A stretch of DNA of 64,000 nt from Porphyridium purpureum (Eukaryota): contig VRMN01000003.1 of assembly GCA_008690995.1 (NCBI GenBank), positions 434,001 to 498,000 on the forward strand, given 5' to 3'. The position numbers and the translations under genes are program-made. Positions 12,201-20,508 of this stretch are shown here, in pieces; positions within the stretch are counted from its first letter, which is position 1; every line of letters starts with the position of its first letter. The notes under the pieces are model-generated. The model saw nothing but the letters and a program-made list of their open reading frames with translations. It was not told the origin of the DNA and did no database searches.

Positions 12201-15123
12201 GCTCCGTCATTTTAATGCGGACAACGCGCTGCGAATCGTACTTTATAAGTCTATTTCGCTTGCCTTCTTGCGAAAGCACCCGCGCAGTACGGTCGAAGGA
12301 TTTTGTCGGGTGGTGTTCTCGAGTGCAGTCACGCTACGAGCGATGGCCTACGCGGATCCGCACTCCAGTGAAGTGCTTGTATCTGAAATTCGCGATCTTT
12401 TGACGAAGAAGCCGGAACTTACATTCCCTGTGGATCCATTTGCCAACGTGGACGTGCCGGCTGCCGAGCCGAGCTTTCCTATATCGTACAGTGATGGTGC
12501 GCTCGTGTTACTCTCCGATTTAGCATATGAATCTGGGGATGAACTACGACCTTTTCTGCCATGGTTGCTCCACGGAGCACTGATTCGCTTGGATTGCTCA
12601 CTTCCCATTGTTTCCTATGACTGTAAGCTCCTGGTATGCCATCTTGTGCATGCACTAGTGATCCGTCAACCCGGTCGCTTTCCTTCGAAGGCTGAGTACG
12701 ATGAAGCAGAGCAGGAAGTGCAGAAATTATTTTCGGTGGTGCTTTCTTCGAAGCCTTCTCTTACATTTTGGTCGTGGGATGAGTCTGAGGCATTGAATGC
12801 CAAAATTTCGAGCTTTGTGGATCTCGTCGTGGCACCGCTGTCAAGGGTTGAAATCCGCCTGTGTCAAACATGGTCAACGCACGCACTTTTGTTTGCCTCG
12901 TCGGCTCGGTCCTTTCATTTTGTGTACCGTTCGCTTCAAGTGCTGTGTGGCTTGAAGCCTTCATTAGATGCCGAACTGCTCCGCGTGCTCATTCTTGGGC
13001 TTTGCTCTTGCACTGAGGGAGCCAAGTATGACCAGACCAGAGACATCGTGTCAGAACTGTGGCTAACAATTGCGACAATCACGTGCTCAGCGGAAACAAG
13101 GTCACTGTACTTGTATCCCCAGCTCTTATGGGCGGCAGTTGCATACATCCAAGGCGGCACAGGCGCGGGCACGATTTCAGCGCTGCGCGTGATCTGCTCG
13201 TATTTTTCGAAGCTGGCCAGCTGGGGCCAGGACTCGGAGTACATTCGATTCGTACAGGGTTTGCTTCCTCAAGAGCTTTCAAAGCGCAGCCGCGACTTCG
13301 TACCTGCATTGGTTGAAAGCGGTGCTTTGTGGGTTCCAGAGACCTCGCAAATTGCCTCTATGCTGCTCGCGGTGATGGCGCTACCCATCACGGACACGGC
13401 GCGTCTTGTTATGTCGGACGGATCACCAAAGGAAATATTTCTAATGCGACTGACGGCGAGCTTGCTACCTTGGCTTGTTTCCGTACTTTTAGAACGTGAT
13501 GACTACAGCCAAGTCGGTATCAATGCAAAAGTTTTGCGTATGCCCCGGCGAGTTGGTAACCTGTCGCGAGTCGTCTCTTTGAGAGGAAATTCAAGCTCGC
13601 CACACGATCTTTCGCGATCAAACTCGGGCGATATGGATGTCGGGAGGCAGATGCTGAAGCAGTGCCACTCTCAGCTGCGCCAGGAGTGGTTTGAGCGGTT
13701 GGGCCAGGTTTCAAAAGCGGGTCCAAAGTCGGATGAGAATATTCCGACAGAGTCCGAGAACGCAGGGTTCTCGAATGCGGAGGGCAGTGCGCTGAAGGAC
13801 GCCAACGTGGAGCGAATGGATGGGGACCTTGCTTCACCCGGTATCTCAACGAGTGAGGATGATTTCGGCCATGCTCGCCGTCTGCGCAAGGTGCGTAACG
13901 CACTTTTCGACTCCAACGGAGTAGCGGATGAATTCAAGATCATTCCGTGGTCAGCCGACTTGATCGTAGAGTCTTTGTCGAAAGTGTTTGACTCGGACTC
14001 GCTCCCGGAAGTTGTTTCACATTGGCTCAGTGTGCTGTGCAAAGTGTCCGGTTGCATGACGCTTAGTCACGCTTTTGCCGTGTACGCCGAGAACAATGTG
14101 AACCTGACTAGCACCGACTTTTTGCAGCTTATCCGCATTCCACTTTGTTCCTCATTTTTCCCAGACCTAGCTCCAGAATTTTTGGAGATCTTGCTTAGTG
14201 GTTTGCGCGTCGCGCCGAAAGATGGATACCTTCAGAAGAGCCTCCTGGACCTGCTGGCAACGGCTCTTCCGGAAATGAGCGAAGAAGCAGTGGACAAAAT
14301 ATGCGAGACATCGTCTGTGTATATATTTGAGCCAGTAGCAGACTCGTTGCAAGGCATGCATGCGAAGGAGGCAGCGCAAGTGATGAGTCTGGCGCTGAGC
14401 AAGTTTGAGTGGAGGCAGAGCGGGACCGATTTTTACAGTCCGTATGAGCACGAAAATGAGAGTCACTCGCGGGCGCGAGAGCTCGAGGTACAAGATATGA
14501 CGCGGGCGAGGATGACAGAGAACTTGGAGCTCATTTTGGACACACTCCAGTCCACCTCGACGCCGTGCACACATGAGCTTCCGTACTCGGTCTCACTGCA
14601 TGATGACTTGATGCCCATGTTTGAGACGATGGCACTTGATGATCTGGGCAAATCAGCACTGCGTCTCGGCGAATCAGCGGCAGACCGGGAACCGGGAGTG
14701 TGGGATGACGTGGTCGGGAGAAAGCAAAGCAGCCGCGTGACGACAGTACTTACCTCTCGAACGCAGGACTCAGGTATGTCCAAGCGCGAGTCCCTATTCG
14801 GTCGCATTTTGCCCGCTCGTTCGGCGAGCATGTCGCAGTCGGCTGTTCCTGGCCGTGAACGTGAGTCCACAGGCACCGGAAAGCGAATGTCAGATCAAAT
14901 GGGGGATATGCCGAAGAACCTCTCGCGCGGTTTCGCGGACACGTGGGAAGGTGCGGGCGCCAAGGTTTCTTCAGGAAGCACTGTTGCTGTTTCCGAAGCT
15001 GCCGGGCCACCGGAAAGATCCTCACAGCCCGTCCGACTCATTCCGAGCATGCTCAAGAGTCTGATGAGCAGCGGCGCCCCCCGCGCAACCACCTCGACTG
15101 CGGGCGCAAATGGTCAACGGTAG
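6223..15123 (+). CDS. Furry / MOR2-PAG1 / Tao3-like large ARM/HEAT scaffold (RAM/MOR network)
   Basis: Intronless ORF of 2966 aa. Blocks LLSDLAYE..LRPFLPWLLHGALIRLDCSLPIVSYDCKLLVCHLVHAL, WSTHALLFASSARSFHFVYRSLQVLCGLKPSL and YPQLLWAAVA resemble Furry/Tao3 conserved segments. The true start may be ATG 6457. Confidence 0.75.
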   Translation: MGVQQCGTSQLATTRNFPTRALSNGAFKPALVLLCCLCCGTRTSVPAHCQGARTRFLVSTGSPPAEFRAELNVRPIEVMTEPRAAQAPGVGGLHPTPAAFGIKPLKGADTMSTSDTSDLTGEIFMTPRAEKPKSTRFRAGISEGTSGAHPSGAGNSVLSPGKRSVKSRSGADSASIHHDVERVHADADSLSNPGPRSGNSSTFTKRSKGKHAPHALKKAKAGDKSGSLSASKSVTGERPSAGETTAPFGGVPISDGILLMRAVVDRVQREALELIKDLIPREDRRVLGLDGTNTTPSESRNFADTSRPEAGIGQFLGARLLGGAHASAGGIVAGVMPVAGAGVNTAGVGAQGQTTQTKDSNVSSTAAPNSAGAKDLGYQVLSDVLPVRIDPLFSSGEARFPSSLGACSQFRTDRFSGTQQWSLDIETSSGRPRSFIDLLLVCSQIEAGNEIIWDNLLRLLHWREFILFSDSADLVGRQHSFSSFAKVGRVQSTSKIRPESLTALVTRATSGKVTALEEAWLRMLITVEFVLSYILIEFLYAHQGQLNAGGLSLNSGYLGNGNLSTADNRGSGTFTADSQPVARMRSMIRSHAIASIKMFGVPFRAVSTWEEATLQNQRIIVEMYGRILAFLDYPGSYASGAIEFKGILELELKKLSKVTLADVQDTVGLPKLPLNRALVHTPFFKAEESKQTRTLRDSVLQLEVLYNLRFCNLGYAHDHPDDSVALFRLFLGLVSSVRKPEVMLALADVLIELLGSMDPSEIPDSNGWDRVITDLFRMFYTQKILASTYPVCAALLAFQNESFYLENSKLFFRECMRIIEVPKSGKANQSLRSGAFRALAVFFFFDLKRSVQRNWSRVSQRVMDLFELFLISNSGTLLMEPEGPELIVSVMESLCRYADHDFLMNFFTALFEARHCRTESVTIGLRAYLNVIALVEEERELESRGRSSSRPRQSGAVAADMERILDLGDVSRDMDSEHDNNNYKNNTHASRSSLDQVSTKDHNALDATTKSVTGQEISNGLVSSAYLSARVTRILVEASRFVRSEVISSIQSHRWEQQNELERDEGVARNYSRLLLGIECWTRALRLVPGDALGYLHPQMIWPGSKSLILSWLVHPNRDVRTLACELIQILFLRCRVLRSSLLREVTVLAFEPILSLMRPEPVILSPIIRLVRQLLEYQSFFVWKLGSEVVDRDPFDSSTREQGRWDSDTSVMNLVGGLILHCLCSPDVAVRNSASEALHGLSKLRNVFQLNKVKDLKPSLWRTSIADFARCIPVPSSSTTAAPTIGDQQDKGRIVSALALSDADREWRQVLVHFVSSCTAAKVAEMPPAISMTWNQILSSVPRIAASLLDAPKKTGYGVANLEFAKNRNAKVAPWFVPYWTSYLQNYIYFLCAAARCTGSVQDVYRALRADTADAQEDCNCHISGEAVRSFLQLLIRAWGGGDDPDILDLPEDVRNIIHGALSLVHPFAVDSLFAELDAELETPIFLLDEAASPSRHATKDKKAGRLRRNEGILYQIEYVYMVVARRMSTCGLLFTHSATLKSVVKHVRRVLHYFMTRRGHGLADLNGSTTATPKHPLYFLELVQILIHDQNEKSQSRVATTAAEALDVKTRTGLFDLLHSWFFSEHRSRFVNGPPVSKARKESSQANLQSSWGLDQAPSHLETTGLLEKLTESSSLIKSMSLCLMGGSWRSDPDLLIEASEPLVPTSNELKIIQWATAVFQSGISADIGAVRAGLIAYVRATPFFGNLLIDLCYPTHEGDKSRLAAVHFFITLCQIMLVKLQNMPKHARNMHHAAEYEFHAKIMTMCLLALLADRTGASLHQIAGTHVKILGLQVLQLLFQHHMHPPEDVGDSSLQHERRLGFDSVSQLERVSFVPRLIEELEEVVDDLCDFLTTELKFLAVFIALEMITRLQHSFLGHEEIRRAVRALSHFVRVLTPSTPQIETVTRHLMMLSLKYASENTSSIQDIWMAYAEKCIAVGMSLVLAWTVQSLRHFNADNALRIVLYKSISLAFLRKHPRSTVEGFCRVVFSSAVTLRAMAYADPHSSEVLVSEIRDLLTKKPELTFPVDPFANVDVPAAEPSFPISYSDGALVLLSDLAYESGDELRPFLPWLLHGALIRLDCSLPIVSYDCKLLVCHLVHALVIRQPGRFPSKAEYDEAEQEVQKLFSVVLSSKPSLTFWSWDESEALNAKISSFVDLVVAPLSRVEIRLCQTWSTHALLFASSARSFHFVYRSLQVLCGLKPSLDAELLRVLILGLCSCTEGAKYDQTRDIVSELWLTIATITCSAETRSLYLYPQLLWAAVAYIQGGTGAGTISALRVICSYFSKLASWGQDSEYIRFVQGLLPQELSKRSRDFVPALVESGALWVPETSQIASMLLAVMALPITDTARLVMSDGSPKEIFLMRLTASLLPWLVSVLLERDDYSQVGINAKVLRMPRRVGNLSRVVSLRGNSSSPHDLSRSNSGDMDVGRQMLKQCHSQLRQEWFERLGQVSKAGPKSDENIPTESENAGFSNAEGSALKDANVERMDGDLASPGISTSEDDFGHARRLRKVRNALFDSNGVADEFKIIPWSADLIVESLSKVFDSDSLPEVVSHWLSVLCKVSGCMTLSHAFAVYAENNVNLTSTDFLQLIRIPLCSSFFPDLAPEFLEILLSGLRVAPKDGYLQKSLLDLLATALPEMSEEAVDKICETSSVYIFEPVADSLQGMHAKEAAQVMSLALSKFEWRQSGTDFYSPYEHENESHSRARELEVQDMTRARMTENLELILDTLQSTSTPCTHELPYSVSLHDDLMPMFETMALDDLGKSALRLGESAADREPGVWDDVVGRKQSSRVTTVLTSRTQDSGMSKRESLFGRILPARSASMSQSAVPGRERESTGTGKRMSDQMGDMPKNLSRGFADTWEGAGAKVSSGSTVAVSEAAGPPERSSQPVRLIPSMLKSLMSSGAPRATTSTAGANGQR

Positions 15124-15366
15124 CAAGTGCAGGCCAGTAAATTTTTACTGAACCCTACCAAACCGGAAGTACAGTGTGGGTGTTCTGTATTCGCTGTACC
15201 CGGGCGTCCATTCAAATTTTTGAAAACGGCATTCCACTAGAAGCCCGGAATGCGGCATGTGTTCCGGTCTGAGGACGGGGATTGAAGCCGTACGTAGAGG
15301 ACAGACGCAGCGACGCCAGCCGCGCTTCTCCAGGTTTGGCAGGAGTTTACGAGGAATAGAAGCAAT

Positions 15367-16542
15367 ATGGCGCCTGTGGAAGCGGTCGAGAGTAGAGACG
15401 CCAACGTGGTTGTCACAGAGCTCACGGACCAAGGGGCAGCTGGGGTGAAACGGAGTGACCTCGGAACATTCGACGCCTCGCAGAGTCTCTCTGGCCTCGA
15501 GACATTTAGAATCATGCAAGAGTATGAAGTATCTTCTTTGTCGTTCGCGCCGGATGGGCTATGTAGTCTCCGCACCCAGTCATCAGAAGACAAAGATGCG
15601 GTCGCGCCGCCTCGAATCAGCCCGGCTTTGTACGCACATTTTCAGGAGGAAAGGTTCAAAAAAGTCAAGCTCGCGTATCTTGAACTGGAGTCAAAGTCCC
15701 GATTTCTGGACGCATTGCTCTCGAGTGAGCATTCCTTTTTCTGCCCTCCGGATGACTCTTTTCGGGAGCTCGAGCTGCAGGTTGCGCACAGTAAGACGAA
15801 GCTTAAAAAGGTGAAGCAGACGCGAGAGACTGAGCGCACTGAATTGCGCGAGGCGGTGGAACGCCTCGCGCGGAGCTCGACGAACATCGAAGCGCTCGGC
15901 GCCGAGGTCGCCGGCATGCAAAGGCAACTCGAAGCGGTTTTGGCAGCAAAGAAGATTCAGGATATGGCGCAGTCCACGGCCGATGATACACAGGCAATCA
16001 TTTCCACAACGAACGCCGAGTTTCTGGCACTCGTGAGCAAATTAGACTCGATGCGGAGCCATATCGTTCAGCGCGATCTCAATGCACTGGTTGCGCAGCA
16101 GTCTGAGCAGAATGCCGGGTTGGAGACTGAGCTGCACAATTTCAGGGAGCGCGAGTGCGCGCTTCAGGTGCAAGAATCACAGCTGCTTGAGCGAATTGCC
16201 GAGTATGGGAAACTGCTCGATCGGGACGCACCACTAGAGGCTGAGCGAGCAAAACTGCATGACCGCGAGACGCAGCTGGAGGTCACACGGCGCCTTTTGG
16301 AACGGCTCGGTGGTATATCTGACGTGCATTTCAGTGACGAGCTCATGTCAGTGACACTGCACGTCCCGAACGCCTCGCACGTGCTCGAAATAATGTTTGA
16401 GCCCGACGTCAGCGCCATCCAGGCTGCGCTTATGACTCCACCGTCTGTAATTTCAGTTTCGGAGCTCGCAAAAACGCACCGCACTGACCCATTCATGTTC
16501 GTGCAGAAAGTTCTTGAGAGTTTGCAGAACCAGTCACAGTAA
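15367..16542 (+). CDS. coiled-coil protein, Sos7/Kre28/Zwint-like outer kinetochore subunit
   Basis: ERFKKVKLAYLELESKSRFLDALL resembles the Sos7/Kre28 motif F.KLKFSYLE..TKE.FL. It is followed by a long coiled coil and a small beta-rich, RWD-like C-terminus. Confidence 0.6.
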   Translation: MAPVEAVESRDANVVVTELTDQGAAGVKRSDLGTFDASQSLSGLETFRIMQEYEVSSLSFAPDGLCSLRTQSSEDKDAVAPPRISPALYAHFQEERFKKVKLAYLELESKSRFLDALLSSEHSFFCPPDDSFRELELQVAHSKTKLKKVKQTRETERTELREAVERLARSSTNIEALGAEVAGMQRQLEAVLAAKKIQDMAQSTADDTQAIISTTNAEFLALVSKLDSMRSHIVQRDLNALVAQQSEQNAGLETELHNFRERECALQVQESQLLERIAEYGKLLDRDAPLEAERAKLHDRETQLEVTRRLLERLGGISDVHFSDELMSVTLHVPNASHVLEIMFEPDVSAIQAALMTPPSVISVSELAKTHRTDPFMFVQKVLESLQNQSQ

Positions 16543-17193
16543 ACTCCAGAAGCTCTTGATGTCGCGTCGAGCAGCCAGTCCTTTCAGCCTGTCCTTATTT
16601 GCCCTCCAAATCAGCTCGGTGTCTTCTCCATACATCTCAATTGCTCGCTCGACGTCGAGGCTCGCCAGCAAGTGGAGAACAGGTAATGGACTCCGATTGG
16701 TATAGTTTGTTACGTCTTCCATTCCCTCCGAGTCTCCGAATACGTACTTGGGGTGGAATGTGGCGAGCTGCACCACGCCTTCGCAATCCATTGCCGCGAT
16801 CATGTGCTCCACGTTGTCCGCGTACATCAGAAAGGACTCGAAGTCAGCGAACCACTCATTCGTCAACACAATGAGAACCGTGGGTGCTCGTTGTGTGAGC
16901 TCACCGTTCCGGGCACCGAAACTTTTTCGCCCAAGCGGCAGTTTCGAGGCATTGTTGTGCCACTGACGCAAACATGCGACATGGGTCGCAACGACCGAGT
17001 CCAACTCGGGTGCCCAGCCACCGGTGTGCTCGACGAACACCACTGCGTTCTGCTCCTGCACCTGACTTGCCCAGGGACACAACTTGAGCCCGACAACAAC
17101 GTTAGTGACCCAGTGCCGCACTCGACCAACAGGACATGCGGGTCTTTGATCACTGCTCGACACGCGGGCGACAACGGAAGCAGCAAACGCCAT
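16534..17193 (-). CDS. DUF1415 family protein
   Basis: WVTNVVVGLKLCPWA, QLATFHPKYVF, NYTNRSPLPVLHLL and IWRANKDRL. First ATG is at 17193 (MAFAASVV..., organellar-type leader). Confidence 0.85.
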   Translation of the reverse strand: MAFAASVVARVSSSDQRPACPVGRVRHWVTNVVVGLKLCPWASQVQEQNAVVFVEHTGGWAPELDSVVATHVACLRQWHNNASKLPLGRKSFGARNGELTQRAPTVLIVLTNEWFADFESFLMYADNVEHMIAAMDCEGVVQLATFHPKYVFGDSEGMEDVTNYTNRSPLPVLHLLASLDVERAIEMYGEDTELIWRANKDRLKGLAARRDIKSFWSLL

Positions 17194-17286
17194 ACCGGAC
17201 TGCGTTGTCGCCTTCTTGCTCGTCGATAGCAAGGGAATTTTTGAGTATCGTTAGACAATCGTCTCGGTCTCGTTTAGTTTGTAACT

Positions 17287-20200
17287 TTACAACTTGTGAA
17301 TGTGCAGGGTGTCGCTTTGCACGATCAGAGAACCATTCGAAGAGATAGCATGGACAGGTTTTTCAGACATGGATGGCACTAGCCGGCCATCTGCCCCAAT
17401 GTCATAAACAAGTCCATGCACTTTTCGGGGTTGCGGCAGAACGGAGATTCTGCTCATTCGCTTCTTGCCATGCAAGTCGCCGTATTCTTTGCGAATAAGA
17501 ACCGGTACCACAGACTTCTTATGCTCCTGCGACCGAAAATAGGCAGGGATTCTCGACCCAACCCGGTAGTTGTTGTATCCCATGACTGCGGGCTCACGAG
17601 GTAGCTCGCTCACTTTGCCCGCACATGCGCCAGCCGGTGGTATTGACTTGCCTGGCGTTGCTGCACTCGCTTGTCCAGCCTTACTATCAAAGTCTATGTA
17701 TGCGACCTTCTCACTCGGGAAACCCGAACCTTCTGCCTGTTTCGCGGGACGGGCGCTCAGATCAGAAACGCTCAGCACTTGCGTGCTCCCAGAATTCACG
17801 CGAGGATACCGCCTCTCATCGATGACGAAGTCATTCAAGTATGTTTTGGACTGAAACCGATGCGCGCGATTATCTCCTCGATCAAGCAAGTGCTTCTTCG
17901 GCGGTGATTGGTCCCATCGCGCACGGTAGGCAATATCGTGCACGTCTCCTTCCAAGGATCGCGTGTGAGCCAAACGCGCTAGCGCAGAAGAACGAATCGC
18001 ACCGTCTTGGGCGTTTAAATCAAACCTCGACACCATCGGATGGAGAACGGGCGCTATGTGTTCCCCCTCTGTAATTCTCGCCATGAGAGTATCCGCATCC
18101 TGGCTTTCCACAGTCTGCGCGCATTCGCGACATTCACAACTTCGGCTATTTGATTCCGACACCGTCAAGCTTGACGCCCGCGTTGCTCGCTGCTCGTACT
18201 TCACCAATGCATTCACTCTCGCATTCGACACAGCAGCTCCCGAAAAGTCAGAGCCAAAGTCGCTCTCGCTGATCACAGCGGTGGAAGGTTCTGCGTGCGC
18301 CAAATTATCAGCAAGATCAGTGAGAGACGTGTTGGACATGAAGTCAATCTCGCGATCAATAGAGAGCCCAACAGCCTCCAACTCTACCATGTAGTCGTTC
18401 AGGGTCCTTTCAAAAGTTTCAAATTCCGGAAACATTTCGCGCAAATCCGCGACAGAGTTGTCTGGGTTCATTTGAAGCATGTCTGAGCTCGAATCGGCTG
18501 GTGACAAAGATACGGCTGCTCGAGGAGGCAGTCCCTCCGACTCATGATGTGGCACGATTTCTCCGACCATCCCCTGCTCTCCCTGTGTCGCCTGCTGACG
18601 GCTCGACGTGGGAGCGTCATTTGCGGTGACAGTGCTGACCTGCGTGACTCCTTCTTCTGGTGGAAGCGCACCATGAAACCACGTCGGATACAATGGTATT
18701 TCCTCGGACTTATTTTCACAAGTCCAGTCTGCGCCATTGACATCTATATTAGCTGTTCTTTCCGGATTGCCTTCTCCAGAGCATACGGATGCTTGCGGAT
18801 GCGGTCGGGACCCTGAAAGCCACGTTTCAGTTTGAAATGGGCGAAAGCTTCGTGACGGAAAGGCTGATACAAGTCGCTCTGTCGGCAGAGAGTCTAATTC
18901 GATCTCCTCACCCGGTGCGCAGCGGCTGAGATTATTATTGGTTCCCACCATTCTGGCGTCCTGTCTCAACCCAAACGACCCCGACGGGTGATTGCTTCCG
19001 ATACGAACAACAGAATTTAAAGGATCGGGCGCATTTACCTGGTTCTCGATGCTCGAGCCTCCCAGATGAGACGATGATTCGCTTCTTCTGTCCACGGGGG
19101 ACAAGAGTGCCACGCCCGAGCCCACTTGCGCTTGCAATGCAGGCCTTGGACCGCCGGCAAGAGTGCATGGCTCTTCCAACTCTCTTTGCTCGTTGATAGA
19201 CGTATACTGATCACGTACATGCTGAGCATTCCAGTTCGAAGAAGAAGCCTGGGAGTCATCGATTTTCGACGCAACCACTCTCCCGTCTTGATCACCACTG
19301 CTCGATGAAGCCTTGGCCATGAAAGCGTCAGCAGCTCTGTCGGCCCTGAACCACGTTTGTGACTGAAACGAGGTAGTGCGCCTTTTGGACTGCTTCTTGG
19401 TTCGCTGTGATAGAAGCGGCGACAGATCGTGCCGCTCTATTCTGTGAACTGCCGAGACCACTCTTCCAGGCGAGGACAGCGAATCGATTAGACTGTCTTG
19501 CGCTGAGCTCACTTCGTCTGAAGAAGAATCTTTGGCGGACGCAAGATCTGGATCCCCAATATAAGCGCCTCCCGATTCTGTTCTATCTAGACGACGAAAG
19601 TGGCTCACCGCAGGACGTGCGTCCGCAAACAAGGTTGGAACACATTCACGCTCCACCAAATTACTGCTCTGTGCAGGAGTGCTACGCACCTCAGGATTCT
19701 GCCGATCGACTAACTCCGCAACGACATGCACCCAGTCGCTCATATCCGCGCCGAGCGAAATGGACGTCCGGGCAGCTCTCGATGCAGTTTGCTCAGCACC
19801 CTGGCTTGCAGGCCGCTCATGATCCGAATGCGAGCGAGTAAGTTTGCATGCATCTTCCTCCGGTCCCTCGGAATGAGTACCGGCAGAATCCGAGTTGGCA
19901 TGCGCTCTTCTTTTCGAAGTCTCAGCCTCCGACTGCGGACTTGGTGAATTTGTGTTGCGCTGGTCTGGGGCGCGCCGCAGCTGGCTTGGAAGCACGTGCA
20001 GTTGCCTCGCCTCTGTTTCAACAGTGTCCTGCTCATTGGTCAGCCGCGGCGAGGGCGCCCGTGCGCCAGCAGAGACCTCATCGTCTCCTCCATTCTTTGC
20101 CGCGCTGTGAGCTTGTGCAGGCGCTTCATCTCGTGGAGGCGAAGCTACATTTCGGTCTCCAATTGGACTACGTGCTGCAATCGCTGCGTTGTCTATATTC

Positions 20201-20508
20201 CCCTCAGTTCGCGGCCGCCTGCCGTCGTCCGCCAGGCCACAGGCCGCCTGCGATTCCCGCGCGCTTGTGCCACCAGCCGAGCGCGCTTGCACTCGAGCTC
20301 CCATGGCTGTGTTTCCCGCATCGTCCAACACGTCCATACTGCCAGGACCCCCACGCGGCTGCGCGGGGCTGTGCGGCGCGCGTTGTGTGCGCGCTGTCTC
20401 TTCGCGGCGCTCCTCCAGCCGCGCGCGCTCGCTACCAGCACCACGTGGCGCACCACCGCTGCCGCGCCGCGCGCGAGGCGCCGTGCTCATCGTCCGCTTC
20501 CTCTCCAT
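17287..20508 (-). CDS. hypothetical Ser/Ala/Arg-rich, largely disordered protein
   Basis: Uninterrupted ORF of 1073 codons with no recognised domain. Confidence 0.7.
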   Translation of the reverse strand: MERKRTMSTAPRARRGSGGAPRGAGSERARLEERREETARTQRAPHSPAQPRGGPGSMDVLDDAGNTAMGARVQARSAGGTSARESQAACGLADDGRRPRTEGNIDNAAIAARSPIGDRNVASPPRDEAPAQAHSAAKNGGDDEVSAGARAPSPRLTNEQDTVETEARQLHVLPSQLRRAPDQRNTNSPSPQSEAETSKRRAHANSDSAGTHSEGPEEDACKLTRSHSDHERPASQGAEQTASRAARTSISLGADMSDWVHVVAELVDRQNPEVRSTPAQSSNLVERECVPTLFADARPAVSHFRRLDRTESGGAYIGDPDLASAKDSSSDEVSSAQDSLIDSLSSPGRVVSAVHRIERHDLSPLLSQRTKKQSKRRTTSFQSQTWFRADRAADAFMAKASSSSGDQDGRVVASKIDDSQASSSNWNAQHVRDQYTSINEQRELEEPCTLAGGPRPALQAQVGSGVALLSPVDRRSESSSHLGGSSIENQVNAPDPLNSVVRIGSNHPSGSFGLRQDARMVGTNNNLSRCAPGEEIELDSLPTERLVSAFPSRSFRPFQTETWLSGSRPHPQASVCSGEGNPERTANIDVNGADWTCENKSEEIPLYPTWFHGALPPEEGVTQVSTVTANDAPTSSRQQATQGEQGMVGEIVPHHESEGLPPRAAVSLSPADSSSDMLQMNPDNSVADLREMFPEFETFERTLNDYMVELEAVGLSIDREIDFMSNTSLTDLADNLAHAEPSTAVISESDFGSDFSGAAVSNARVNALVKYEQRATRASSLTVSESNSRSCECRECAQTVESQDADTLMARITEGEHIAPVLHPMVSRFDLNAQDGAIRSSALARLAHTRSLEGDVHDIAYRARWDQSPPKKHLLDRGDNRAHRFQSKTYLNDFVIDERRYPRVNSGSTQVLSVSDLSARPAKQAEGSGFPSEKVAYIDFDSKAGQASAATPGKSIPPAGACAGKVSELPREPAVMGYNNYRVGSRIPAYFRSQEHKKSVVPVLIRKEYGDLHGKKRMSRISVLPQPRKVHGLVYDIGADGRLVPSMSEKPVHAISSNGSLIVQSDTLHIHKL

